Under the pieces are notes generated by a model. That model did not search any database. It saw only the letters and a program-made list of their open reading frames with translations, and had not been told where the DNA came from. A stretch of DNA of 64,000 nt from Candidatus Bathycorpusculum termitum (lineage in GTDB: Archaea > Thermoproteota > Bathyarchaeia > Bathyarchaeales > Bathycorpusculaceae), in assembly GCA_031254875.1 (NCBI GenBank), contig JAIRTW010000002.1, forward strand, positions 7,899 to 71,898. Reading direction: 5' to 3'. Shown here in pieces: positions 1-9,994 of this stretch. A program made the translations under genes and the position numbers. Position 1 is the first letter of the stretch. Every line of letters begins with the position of its first letter.

Positions 1-1
1 T

Positions 2-658
2 CCAAAGTATATGAGAACTCTTTGGCGCTTGCCCGTATGGTTGGACGTTTCCTTGGGCGTCGTACCCGCCAGTTAGACTAAATGACGGCCCGCCAAGTCC
101 CCACCAGTTTGAGCCAAGCTGTGAGCCCCAATCAAAGTTTGTTGAGTATATCGGTCGAGACCAATATTCAGTCGGTAGGGGATTGGTCGCGCTTGTTGAT
201 ATCGGGTCTTCTTGCACGGTGAATGTTATAATGGAGCTTTCGGATCCAAGGTATTTGTTAGTGTTTGTAATGTTTTGTCCAGGGTAAAATGCTTGTACCG
301 TATAGTTTCCAGTAACGGTTGGATAGTATGCCATAAATATGCCTCCTGTCGAGTCAGCTTGTTTTGGTCCAAAAGTTTCTTTGTTTCCATTGGGGGATGT
401 GATTACTATCGAAAGTCCTTCGTATCGAGTACCAGCGTCACCCATAGCGGCGCCCTGATTTGGTTTAGTCATGAAGGCGTTAATGTATACGGGTTGACCC
501 ACGCCCACGGGGTCTGGACCAGCGTTGGCTATTATCCAAGTTGGATAATCTATTGCTTGGACTGCCGGTAAGACGGCCATCCAGGTTCCAATAGCAAGCA
601 TACAAATTAAAGAGATAGCAAACAATGTTTTTGACTTGAGTCTTTTTATATTATGCAT
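2..658 (-). CDS. Secreted PQQ-like beta-propeller surface protein, N-terminal part only (runs off the window edge; absent from the ORF track)
   Basis: Manual translation from ATG at 658 (GAGGA upstream): MHNIKRLKSKTLFAISLICMLAIGTWMAVLPAVQAIDYPTW...PDPVGVGQ...NPLPTEYWSRPIY...SNWWGLG...APKSSHILW. It has a signal peptide and shares blocks with 32077..34755 (PLPTEYWTRPIY, SNWLG). Confidence 0.85.
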   Translation of the reverse strand, partial: MHNIKRLKSKTLFAISLICMLAIGTWMAVLPAVQAIDYPTWIIANAGPDPVGVGQPVYINAFMTKPNQGAAMGDAGTRYEGLSIVITSPNGNKETFGPKQADSTGGIFMAYYPTVTGNYTVQAFYPGQNITNTNKYLGSESSIITFTVQEDPISTSATNPLPTEYWSRPIYSTNFDWGSQLGSNWWGLGGPSFSLTGGYDAQGNVQPYGQAPKSSHILW

Positions 659-1237
659 TTTTCTTTCCTCAAATATTTATATTAAGCCCTAATTTTCAAC
701 TTTTAGGCTATATATGTTTTGGATTAAATCACCATTTTTAGGGCTAAAATTGAGGTTGTTTTGGCACATAACGTTTTTGCATGCTTGCTATATCTATATC
801 CGCCCGCCATTTGCCATCAACCTTCAACCATCATCCTTGAAAGAAAAGTCATCACATCCCACAACGAATACTAACTGACGAAGCAAATTAGCGAGACCGC
901 AACATGTTTAGAAACGATAAACTATTCTAAATGTGATGGTTAATAAAACACCAACCTCAAAAGTCTCATCACTGTGCATACAGCTACGATCTTGAGCAAA
1001 CACATTTTTAAGCGTATCAAAACACTGCTCAATAACCACACCGCAACTTGTAGGTCTCATACACCTCCGCAATAGACCCACGCATTGGTACGCAAAACAA
1101 TAATACCAAAAAAAGGACCACAACAAAGTACTCTTGAAAGTTTACACAAGACCCACAGACCACTTCGATGCAACCAGATTTTGCTTTTCAAGCCATCAGA
1201 CGGAGCAATTACGGTTAAACCTCAGAAAAAATCAGAA

Positions 1238-1657
1238 TTAGTTGGAGAAACTGAATTGTTTTTGCGGCAAATAACTGTTGTAATCGAAGTCTTCATCCAC
1301 ATTTAGGAATTGTTTAATTTGTTCCATAACCCTTTGCAACTCTTCATCGGTTAGAGGCGGGTCATAGACAATCCGCAAGACACTCCAGCCCTGTAATTCC
1401 AGTAACTCATCAATTTCTTGATCTCGCCGTTCGGCCTTATCTGTGGAGTGAACCTGTCTACCATCTAGGTAAACGATTTTACGTTTCTCCATCCAGCAGA
1501 AATCGGGTATAGTGAATTTTAGAATTATAGGCTTCTGGGTAACCATGCCACCTGTTAGGTTGGCGGTACTTAGCGCTTTAAAGAGTTCAATTTCGGCTCT
1601 GCTTACGCGTGGATGCATGCGCTGTTTGTAATTCAATTGGTTCACAAACATTAGCAT
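1238..1657 (-). CDS. DUF559/Vsr-like PD-(D/E)XK endonuclease domain protein
   Basis: PDFCW...IVYLDGRQVH...RDQEIDELLELQGWSVLRI matches the Vsr/DUF559 pattern (PDF, xDG..H, RD..L...GW.VLR). Confidence 0.7.
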   Translation of the reverse strand: MLMFVNQLNYKQRMHPRVSRAEIELFKALSTANLTGGMVTQKPIILKFTIPDFCWMEKRKIVYLDGRQVHSTDKAERRDQEIDELLELQGWSVLRIVYDPPLTDEELQRVMEQIKQFLNVDEDFDYNSYLPQKQFSFSN

Positions 1658-1718
1658 GCGGCTAAATGCTAATAAATACTCTACATAAACGACTTAAACC
1701 AACAGGGGAGAGGTAACT

Positions 1719-1867
1719 AAAAGTAGGCCTGGCGGATAAGCGACTGTTAACACAGGGCATAAATCAAAAGCAGATCCCAACCTTCCTTTGGGATATTTGG
1801 CGATTTATACCCAGTCTAACCGCAGATCCGCCAAGCATGGGTGTACCTCTTGGATGGCTATTCTCGC
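1719..1867 (-). ncRNA. Candidate structured small RNA (long nested hairpin)
   Basis: Four nested stems: 1730-37/1826-33, 1742-45/1813-16, 1755-65/1802-12 (closed by a G-U wobble on the minus strand only) and 1774-80/1788-94. TTTATA box at 1895-1890 on the minus strand; T-run after the stem. Ends are estimated. Confidence 0.4.
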
Positions 1868-2010
1868 AAAATAACATTTCTTCACGGAGTATAAATGACC
1901 TTGTGACTGTATACTGTTGACAACAACAAACTGTTGAAAGACAGAAAGAAAAAGACTGACTTGGAACAGATATGTGTATAAATTTTCTTAAACTGTGCAC
2001 AAATAGGTGA

Positions 2011-2715
2011 CTATAGTTTTTCGGTTACGAGTTCCTTTGCCCAGCCGGCGAGGAACTCTACGTTGAGTTTGGTCAGGTAAGTGAATGTTTTAAAACTCAA
2101 AGTACTCAGCGCCGCAAAGGGTGTAAAGATAAAGCGGGCCGCCATTCTCCGGGCCAGCTTGTAGAGCCCAAAATGCCCATAACGACGATAGGAGATGCCA
2201 ATGGTTACATAGTTTTTGGATGTTCCCATATGGGTGGCTCCCAGAAACGGCAGGACTTTCCAGCGGTAACCGGTTTTTTGGACATACCGTTTGAAGACTT
2301 GGTCTTCGCCGAAGAACAGTTTTGGAGGGTTATAGTTCTCCATAAGTTTGCGGCGGATTATGATATTGTTTATATGGGGATTGGTGTCGAGTTTGCTCAG
2401 GTTGTAGATAGCACCCACGACCCGTTCGTAGGCGGCAGCATGTCTGTTCTTGTGCACTGCGACTGTACCAATGGCACCAACATTGGGTTCGATTGCCATG
2501 GCAACTTTTTGGAGCCAATCAGACGGCAGAAGCATGTCATCATCAACCATAGCCACCCACTCGGTCTTAGCCGCCAAAACCCCATGCTTCCGCGCCACGC
2601 TCAACGGTTTTTCATGGGTATTGATGATTTGCCCCGCACACGGCATGACCCTGATTTGGTGAAGTAGTGTGGAATTGGCTTCATCTCTTGAGGGAACGAC
2701 AAAATCAACTTTCAT
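2011..2715 (-). CDS. Glycosyltransferase family 2
   Basis: MKVDFVVPSRDE start (ATG 2715 preferred over 2775); WVAMVDDDM DxD motif; FGEDQ acceptor-base motif. Confidence 0.85.
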   Translation of the reverse strand: MKVDFVVPSRDEANSTLLHQIRVMPCAGQIINTHEKPLSVARKHGVLAAKTEWVAMVDDDMLLPSDWLQKVAMAIEPNVGAIGTVAVHKNRHAAAYERVVGAIYNLSKLDTNPHINNIIIRRKLMENYNPPKLFFGEDQVFKRYVQKTGYRWKVLPFLGATHMGTSKNYVTIGISYRRYGHFGLYKLARRMAARFIFTPFAALSTLSFKTFTYLTKLNVEFLAGWAKELVTEKL

Positions 2716-2810
2716 ATTATCTGAATAAAGTGGCATAATCTTATGTTTTAGCAGACAGAATAAAAGGTTATCCATACTTCGTGAAAGCAGAATTACGATG
2801 ATGGAGAAAA

Positions 2811-4214
2811 CTACATGTTGAGAATTTTGACAGCTTTCTGAGCGGCACGTTTGTAGCTTTTTTTAGTTATCATGCCCTTCTGTATACCGTTGAGAAGCTG
2901 CAGTATCATACCCTGCTTGACGTGCTCCACCATCTGCTGCTCAGTAATACCTGGGAGCCGCATACAATTACCGATTTTGACATTATGAACAGCTATGTTG
3001 TATTTTCGAGCTATATCGTAGAGTTTGCTACCTATGAGGGGATTAGTGATTGACCATGAGATATATTCTATGAGGTTATCGCGAAGACAACTCTTAGCGA
3101 ATTCAAGAGTGTTGTTGACTTCTTCAGGGGTTTCGTATTCAAGTTTTCCATTTGTTTCCCAAGCATTGTAGAGCATAAGGAAACCATAGACTTTGATTTT
3201 GTGTTTCTTTAGTAATTCAAGCGTACAAACATTATCAGCTTGGGTGGCATTTTTGCCGATACCCCTAAGCACACGGTCATTAGCGGATTCTAAGCCTATG
3301 TGCACCAACCAAACGTTGATATCATGGAGACGTTGAGCTAATTCGTCGTCTAGTTTGTCGGCTCTTAGGTTGCATTGGAACGTCATGCCCTTGAGCCCCA
3401 GCTTTTTAATTTCATCACAAACTCGCAAACACCATTTAATATCTACATTGAAGGTGTCAGAACGGAGATAGATTTCCCGTATGCCCCGATTATAGAGGTA
3501 GTTGATTTCTTGGGCAATGTTTTCGGGTGATCGCTGACGTATCCAGGGTTTTTCTAGTTTCCAGACGGGATTGCTACAGTAGGTGCAGTAGTTTGGGCAA
3601 CCACGGATTGGTAGAAGGTACGCCATGCGTTTCTTTTTTGATACAGCGACGTCATAGTTTTCAAAGTCTATTATGTCCCATGCTGGGAAGAAGTTTATGT
3701 CTTTTAGCAGGGAACGCACGCCATTGTCTTTCTGCCTATTTACAGTGCCCTTGATGTCGGTTATGGGGTGACTGACTTGGATTTTTTGGAGCAACTCGGT
3801 TGTGGTTTCTTCGCCTTCGCCTTGGATACAGACATCTACGGCGGTGTTTTTGAGGATGTCTTGGGGGTCGATAGTTGGGTGGGCACCGCCGGCTACAATA
3901 AGTATCTGGAGACCCAGTTCTTTGACTTTGGTTATGGTTTCAAAGGAGAGTTCCCGTCGAGGTGTGGTAAACGAGATGGCGTAAACGTCGGGTTTTATTT
4001 CCTTGATTTTTTGGAGATGTTCGTCCATAGAGAGGAAGGGTTCCAAATAGGAAAATTCCACGTTTGGTAAACGTTCCCGTGCGTAGCCGATGATGTAGAG
4101 GATGCCCAAGTTCGGTGACTCGGTCACCGCTTCCCCTTTGGATTCCCGTCCGAATGGCGGGTCAGCAAAAATGACTTTAAGTTTTTTTTGTGTGTGAACC
4201 ATGTTTCTGTTCAC
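2811..4214 (-). CDS. Cobalamin-binding (class B-type) radical SAM protein
   Basis: N-terminal B12 domain (NLGILYI, GGAHPT, GEGE); CxxxCxxC in GCPNYCTYC; GLESA. Confidence 0.9.
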   Translation of the reverse strand: MNRNMVHTQKKLKVIFADPPFGRESKGEAVTESPNLGILYIIGYARERLPNVEFSYLEPFLSMDEHLQKIKEIKPDVYAISFTTPRRELSFETITKVKELGLQILIVAGGAHPTIDPQDILKNTAVDVCIQGEGEETTTELLQKIQVSHPITDIKGTVNRQKDNGVRSLLKDINFFPAWDIIDFENYDVAVSKKKRMAYLLPIRGCPNYCTYCSNPVWKLEKPWIRQRSPENIAQEINYLYNRGIREIYLRSDTFNVDIKWCLRVCDEIKKLGLKGMTFQCNLRADKLDDELAQRLHDINVWLVHIGLESANDRVLRGIGKNATQADNVCTLELLKKHKIKVYGFLMLYNAWETNGKLEYETPEEVNNTLEFAKSCLRDNLIEYISWSITNPLIGSKLYDIARKYNIAVHNVKIGNCMRLPGITEQQMVEHVKQGMILQLLNGIQKGMITKKSYKRAAQKAVKILNM

Positions 4215-4487
4215 CGAGAGACCATTTACTAGTCATCTTGTGCAACCGTATATATCTTGCTACAAAACTGCTTGGCAATGTCTGTTTTTGCTTGCAGAAA
4301 TCGCCACCTAACCAGCTATGGTGCCGGTTAAGTCTAATCCAAAACACAACTGCACCCAACCCGTTAGAAGATGTTCTCTGCAATTATGGCTAAAAATATG
4401 CTATAAAGCATCGGATGATAAACGAGTAAACTTCTTTAGCCACCATAAAGAAAGGGATAATATCAAACAGAGAAGAGACTGAAAAGC

Positions 4488-5636
4488 TTGGCAACCTTTC
4501 TTGTTGTTCACCCATACCTTGATATTTATGGCGGCGGCGAACGCGTCTGTCATGGCGTAATCAAAACCTTGGTTAATCATGGGCAAAAAGTGGAACTGTT
4601 AACCTTTGACTTCGACGCGGCCAGATACCACGATATCGTAGGCGAAGACTTGCCCAAGCAGGTAGCGGTTCATTCGCTGGGGCAACGCACTAAAGAAAAG
4701 CCGCCCTTTACCATCTATAAACGACATCGCAACTTTGTTAAACTTTTAAAAAAGTACCGTTCTCAACTGGAATACGATTATCTCTTCTCTACCCAATCCA
4801 GCTCACCTTTTGAGCCGGTTTTCCTCAATAAAGCTAAAAAAAACATCGCCTACGTTCATTTTCCCGAAATCCATTACGACTATGCAAGGGGATCGTTCAA
4901 ACGCAGGCTCTACCTGGGGTTGTTTAAGCATTGGGTGGAGCAGGGCATCGGCAAATTGGATTTAGTTTTCTGCAACAGTCTCTACACTAAAGAAGCTATG
5001 GTGAGGCTTTGGAAAAGCCATGGAGCCAGAGAGCCAGTCGTGGTTTATCCGCCGGTGAATCTTGACAAATTCTGGTGTAACAAACCACTCTCAAATCGCA
5101 GAAAACGCGTGGCGTATGTGGCACGGTTTATCCCAGTAAAACGCCATGAAATCCTCAAAAGACTAGCGGCCGATCTGCCGCAGTACGAGTTTGTCAGCGT
5201 CGGCGGCTTAATCGAAGCCGAAAAATCCTGGTTTGAGCATTTTTCAACAGATCTGCCACTAAACTATAGCCTCAAAACCAACCTACCCGGACCCCAGCTA
5301 CTGGATATCCTCTGGGACAGCCGCATCTATGTGCATCTCATGGAGGGGGAACACTTCGGTATTGCTCCAGTTGAGGGGCTGGCAAGTGGATGCATCACCA
5401 TCGTACACAACAGCGGCGGCATGAAAGAATTCATCCCGCAGGATTATCGTTGGGACAACTATGAGGATTTGAAGGCTAAAATTGTCAACGCCATGGAACA
5501 GACAGAAGCAGACAAACCCTGGGAAACCAAACGGGAAGAATTATGGAAGGGAATTTCGGTTTTAACTCCCCAAACTTTCCAAGATAAGATTTGGGCTCAA
5601 CTCGAAACGTTCCTCGAACCTAAAGTCTCAGAGTGA
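4488..5636 (+). CDS. Glycosyltransferase family 4 (Alg11-like)
   Basis: GGGERV N-terminal motif, NSLYT, VVYPPV, EHFGIAPVEGLASG (ExFG motif). Confidence 0.9.
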   Translation: MATFLVVHPYLDIYGGGERVCHGVIKTLVNHGQKVELLTFDFDAARYHDIVGEDLPKQVAVHSLGQRTKEKPPFTIYKRHRNFVKLLKKYRSQLEYDYLFSTQSSSPFEPVFLNKAKKNIAYVHFPEIHYDYARGSFKRRLYLGLFKHWVEQGIGKLDLVFCNSLYTKEAMVRLWKSHGAREPVVVYPPVNLDKFWCNKPLSNRRKRVAYVARFIPVKRHEILKRLAADLPQYEFVSVGGLIEAEKSWFEHFSTDLPLNYSLKTNLPGPQLLDILWDSRIYVHLMEGEHFGIAPVEGLASGCITIVHNSGGMKEFIPQDYRWDNYEDLKAKIVNAMEQTEADKPWETKREELWKGISVLTPQTFQDKIWAQLETFLEPKVSE

Positions 5637-5756
5637 ACAATGACTAAATATTGGTGATTTATTTTAAAAACCAGCGGTCTGATTATTGATTAGTTAATTC
5701 GCATAAGTGAAGAATTGATAAGATAGGGTTTATAACTGAAACGGCGTTTCAATAAG

Positions 5757-7283
5757 TTGGCGTCTGAACAGGCAATGATAACGCTAAGAATCGACGTGGA
5801 CTACCCGTATGCTTCGAGAGCAAGAAGTTTCCTCTATGTAGCGTTGCGGATTAAAAACACCAAAAGCGCAGACTATCTCAAAAACTCTCACATCATTGCC
5901 CATATGATTAACGAATCTCCAAAACAGATTAAGACTTATTGGTTTTTCACACCCTACACAATTCCAGATCAAAGAATGCTAGATTTACTGAATTCAGAGA
6001 AGCATGAGGTGGCGCTACATGTCGCAACCAGACCGCTCGAAGAATGGAAAACTCTGGAAAAGAAAACAAACTGCAAAATCCAGTACTACACCATACATGG
6101 AACTCAACGAGTGTTAGCTCGGCTTCTATGGGGACGTAAATTGAGTCAGGCCAGAGCAACCATACCCCAAGATTTTCCCCTTAAATCTTTCCATGATCGG
6201 CCTGAATTAACCATGAGTTTAGACAGAAACCGCTATCTGCATGGCTATGAAGCGGTGGTTGGGCAGATAGAGGATTGGATACAGCATGACGTTATTATAA
6301 CGTTACACCCCGACTGGCTCTTTAAGACTTCTAAAAAGACTCAGAGGGGGCCCATCTATGATGCGCTTAAGACAATGTTGGATGTAGATAGTGACCTTGA
6401 TACAGTAAGTATACACAAAAAGTTATCCATACGGATTGCGAGGGATTTTCGGGAGTACTACAAAAATATTAACCCAACCAAAACATTTCTCGCAAAGCTT
6501 CAAACAAGGGATGTAGACATCTTCACCTTTATCGATCGGAAATGGTGTTGTCCAATCATCGATCCGTCGCCTGAGTGGATAAAAATCCAAGATAACATTG
6601 CCCTGTTGGAAATCAAAGACTATCAAATATGGTGGAATAACATTGGAAAAAAAACCCGCAATATGGTTCGTAAAGCCGAAAAAGACGGGCTTCAAGTTTC
6701 AATTGTTCCGCAGACAGATAAGCTCTCGGAGGGTATTTGGAAAATCTACAACGAAACTCCGGTGCGTCAGGGACGGGCTTTTCCCCATTACGGCGAAACA
6801 CGTGAAACCGTAGCAACCAACATGTATGCAGAAAAAAACTCTACCTACGTAGGTGCCTACATAGGTGAGGAACTTGCCGGATTCATCCAGGTACTACACG
6901 GCGACAGCATAGCCATACTCTCAAACATACTTGCCATGCAGAAACACTTGGACAAAGCCGTAAACAACGCCCTCATAGCCAAGGCTGTTGAAGTTTGCGC
7001 AGAAAAAGGCGAACGTTGGCTGATGTATGGACGCATAGGCAATCACCCCTCCCTTGACCGCTTCAAAGAAAACAATGGTTTCTCCAAGTTCAGCATAACC
7101 CGCTACTACATACCCCTGACATCGAAAGGTAAGTTGGCGATTAAACTGGGACTTCATCAGGAACCCAAGGATACCCTTCCTGATTCCATCAAATATCCGC
7201 TTCTGCCGGCGGTAAACTGGGTCAGTCGCACAAAAATGCGGGCAAAACTAGCTCTAAAAATAATCAACCCATCAGAGAGTTAA
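5757..7283 (+). CDS. Fusion of a NodB/polysaccharide-deacetylase-like domain and a FemAB/GNAT-like acyltransferase domain
   Basis: N-half LRIDVD...EVALH...TIHG...TLHPDW; C-half IGKKTRNMVRKAEK, FPHY, NNALI..AV, WLMYGRIG, FKENNGF. Confidence 0.6.
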   Translation: MASEQAMITLRIDVDYPYASRARSFLYVALRIKNTKSADYLKNSHIIAHMINESPKQIKTYWFFTPYTIPDQRMLDLLNSEKHEVALHVATRPLEEWKTLEKKTNCKIQYYTIHGTQRVLARLLWGRKLSQARATIPQDFPLKSFHDRPELTMSLDRNRYLHGYEAVVGQIEDWIQHDVIITLHPDWLFKTSKKTQRGPIYDALKTMLDVDSDLDTVSIHKKLSIRIARDFREYYKNINPTKTFLAKLQTRDVDIFTFIDRKWCCPIIDPSPEWIKIQDNIALLEIKDYQIWWNNIGKKTRNMVRKAEKDGLQVSIVPQTDKLSEGIWKIYNETPVRQGRAFPHYGETRETVATNMYAEKNSTYVGAYIGEELAGFIQVLHGDSIAILSNILAMQKHLDKAVNNALIAKAVEVCAEKGERWLMYGRIGNHPSLDRFKENNGFSKFSITRYYIPLTSKGKLAIKLGLHQEPKDTLPDSIKYPLLPAVNWVSRTKMRAKLALKIINPSES

Positions 7284-7322
7284 TCGCCGCCTGCAGAACG
7301 CGGCCGTAATTTGTCTGAGGTA

Positions 7323-8408
7323 TTAATTTTTTAAAAGCTTTCGGTAGATCAGCCAATATTTCTCTGTCTGTCTTTGCCAGCAATAATTTAAAGCAAGATT
7401 CCGGCATTTAGTGGACATTTCTTTTAGCATTGCATCATCGTTAATAATCTGATCAATTTTTTCCTGATAAACCGTTGGGTTTCCACCCTTAACAACAAAA
7501 CCATGAGTTCCTTCCTTGATTATTTCGCCCAGATTTGATTCCTCTGAGACAATAGCGGGCAGACCGCAGGCCAGGGCTTCTATGGGAACCATCGGAAAGC
7601 CTTCGTAGATAGTTGGAAAAAGCAAAATATCTGCTGCGCTATAAGCAGTAATCAGATCCGGCTCGGATATTTTTCCCAAGAAAATAGTTTTTCCCAAGTT
7701 TTGGCCTGTCATTCCGGCGACTATGAGCTTGGAACATTGTGATTTTTCCACAGCTGTAACTGCTGTTGAGAGTCTTTTTCGATAAGGATTGCTACCCACC
7801 CAGAGGGCGTATGTATTCTGCTCTGGCAACGAAAGTTTTCTTCGAGCCTCTTTTTTATCGAGGGGTATAAATTTTTCCACGTTTACGCCATTGTGAATTA
7901 CTTGGACCTTTTTAGGTGATACGTCATAATATTGGACAAGTTCGTTTTTTACTGCATATGAACATGCGACAGCAATGTCACATTTGGCTGCGGCTATTTT
8001 TTCAGCGTAAAAAAAGGGTTTATCTCGCAGATCTGATCCCTGTAGGGCTTTTGCCATGGTTCCGTGAAAAGTCATCAGAAAAGGGGTTTTATCTCTAAAT
8101 AGTGAGGAAAAAAAGCAGTTATCTCCATGACCATGGATTATATCATAGGGACCATAGGCTTTTGTTTTCCGCCAAGCCTTCAAGTTGTACTCAAATTTCC
8201 CGTAGTGTGGGGGTAGGCCTATTCTGGAATAAGGACGAACTCCAATTATTTTACAGTTATATCCTGACTCCACAAAATCTTTGTTGCTTCGACCAAAAAT
8301 ATTGACAACTACGTTATTATGTTTAATCAAAACGTTACTTAAATCGTTGACTACATTTTCCAATCCCCCAGAAAATTTTGCCAGACCAGAAATCATACAG
8401 ACCTTCAT
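7323..8408 (-). CDS. Glycosyltransferase family 4
   Basis: MKVCMIS..GGLE (ATG 8408 preferred over 8474), IHNGV, YEGFPMVPIEALACGLP. Confidence 0.9.
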   Translation of the reverse strand: MKVCMISGLAKFSGGLENVVNDLSNVLIKHNNVVVNIFGRSNKDFVESGYNCKIIGVRPYSRIGLPPHYGKFEYNLKAWRKTKAYGPYDIIHGHGDNCFFSSLFRDKTPFLMTFHGTMAKALQGSDLRDKPFFYAEKIAAAKCDIAVACSYAVKNELVQYYDVSPKKVQVIHNGVNVEKFIPLDKKEARRKLSLPEQNTYALWVGSNPYRKRLSTAVTAVEKSQCSKLIVAGMTGQNLGKTIFLGKISEPDLITAYSAADILLFPTIYEGFPMVPIEALACGLPAIVSEESNLGEIIKEGTHGFVVKGGNPTVYQEKIDQIINDDAMLKEMSTKCRNLALNYCWQRQTEKYWLIYRKLLKN

Positions 8409-8548
8409 ATTTTTACGCTCCTTGAAATATGATTTTGCGACAGCTTCAGAAGGATTGGACACATAAAAAAACAAAACCGATTAATTATTTAAGTCTTTAG
8501 AAAATGAGCCGCTTTCATTCGGCTCTTCGCATCTCAATTTTTAGCGGT

Positions 8549-9643
8549 TTACTGTAGTATCTTTTTCAAATCTGTAAGCGGCGAATAGTTCAACCCTAAT
8601 TTTTTGTAGATAAGCCACCGTAAGCCTATCAGCTCTGCGAAAACCTTGTCTTTGAACATGCCTATACGAGAGGTATCTTTATGCAGACAAACACCCTTAA
8701 TGTCAGCAATTGTTTCAATTAACAGCAACACTATTCTATTTATTATTGAAAGGTCAGGCTCACTGCCATATAACCTATAGAACAAGAGTCTGTTTTCGGT
8801 GCAGAGAACCGTTCTTTTTTTTGCCTCTTTGATGTTACGTGATAAGGATTGGCCGTGATTTATATGGTAGGCTTTTATCTCTGGATTAAAGATTATGCGA
8901 TACCCTTTTTTCCACAGATACCAACCCAAGTATTGCTCAAATGTTAAGCCAAGAACCCACGCAGTTGGAAATTGAAATCCTGCAGAGGCCTCTGAGGAAA
9001 TAGACATGTTTGCCCCCTTGGCAAGAAGAGAATTCACTGGTTGGCTAAGCGCACTAGCTGCAACTTTATAGTTTACAGAAACAAGTCCCGCTTTTGATAT
9101 ATAGATCAGGTAATCCTCTAACCCCCTCAGAGGGCGATTTACAAGCTTTCGGGCCAAAACATTTTTTGAAACTCTTGTGAGCACGATTTCTGAGGGGGTG
9201 TCTTTGAATTTACAAATTTTGTTCTCTCTCAAAACAACAGGCACAACATCGCCAGCAACCCCCCCTACTTCGGGCACTGAATAGGATAAAAGGTAGGACT
9301 CTATCAGATTAGGAAAGGGAATCGCATCATCATCTAGAAAAACGATGATTTTGCCCTCTGCATTTTTTAATCCAAGATTTAATGCATCTGTAACATAACC
9401 ATGATTTTGTATGATAACTTTTATTTTTAATCTTTCACGATATTTTTCAATTACCTGCTCTGTTCCATCTTCGCTGGGTTTCACTACCATCAATATTTCA
9501 AAATCTTTGTTGGTCTGGGTAGTCAGCGCCTCTAAAACATGACTTAACAGGTTTCCGCGTTTGTATGTAGCGATAATAATTGAAACAGCCGGATTTTCCC
9601 CTTTTTGACGCCGCAATATTGGATTATCCTCAGTTTTAGACAA
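8549..9643 (-). CDS. Glycosyltransferase family 2
   Basis: VSIIIATYKR, ALNLGL..AEGKIIVFLDDD, GANMS. Confidence 0.85.
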   Translation of the reverse strand: MSKTEDNPILRRQKGENPAVSIIIATYKRGNLLSHVLEALTTQTNKDFEILMVVKPSEDGTEQVIEKYRERLKIKVIIQNHGYVTDALNLGLKNAEGKIIVFLDDDAIPFPNLIESYLLSYSVPEVGGVAGDVVPVVLRENKICKFKDTPSEIVLTRVSKNVLARKLVNRPLRGLEDYLIYISKAGLVSVNYKVAASALSQPVNSLLAKGANMSISSEASAGFQFPTAWVLGLTFEQYLGWYLWKKGYRIIFNPEIKAYHINHGQSLSRNIKEAKKRTVLCTENRLLFYRLYGSEPDLSIINRIVLLLIETIADIKGVCLHKDTSRIGMFKDKVFAELIGLRWLIYKKLGLNYSPLTDLKKILQ

Positions 9644-9718
9644 GTTCCCACTGAATTATCTGTATCTACCCCTCACCTCTATTTAAGTTGTATAATACCC
9701 TAACAAATCAAAAATGGA

Positions 9719-9994
9719 TTAGGGGTTAAGTAAAAGTTTAGCTAAAAAATCCATCAGTTCAAGTCGCGATTTAAAGCCTCGAAATATAGCCTTGCCGCTG
9801 GTATAGAGCCGAAAAGAGCTACCCTCAAAAGTTAGCTCGAAGATTATACCTGCGATGGTGTTTTTGAGCTGCGCTTTCTTCATTATGTTGGTGATGGCGT
9901 CGTCTTTTTTTTCGTACTTAAAATTAACTATGACATCACTTTCTGCACCACATGTCCCCTCTATACGCGAAACGTAGTCTGCGACGGTAGACAT
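9719..9994 (-). CDS. Small hypothetical protein, last gene of the Fe-S operon
   Basis: Its ATG overlaps the sufS stop (TAATG). The C-terminal FRLYTSGKAIFRG loosely resembles the C-terminal domain of some ThiF/MoeB proteins. Confidence 0.65.
   Translation of the reverse strand: MSTVADYVSRIEGTCGAESDVIVNFKYEKKDDAITNIMKKAQLKNTIAGIIFELTFEGSSFRLYTSGKAIFRGFKSRLELMDFLAKLLLNP

Noticed and set aside
908-1126. 72-aa minus-strand ORF with GGAGGTG next to an internal ATG (1060)
   Set aside because: The SD-to-ATG spacing is only 1 nt and there is no recognisable motif.
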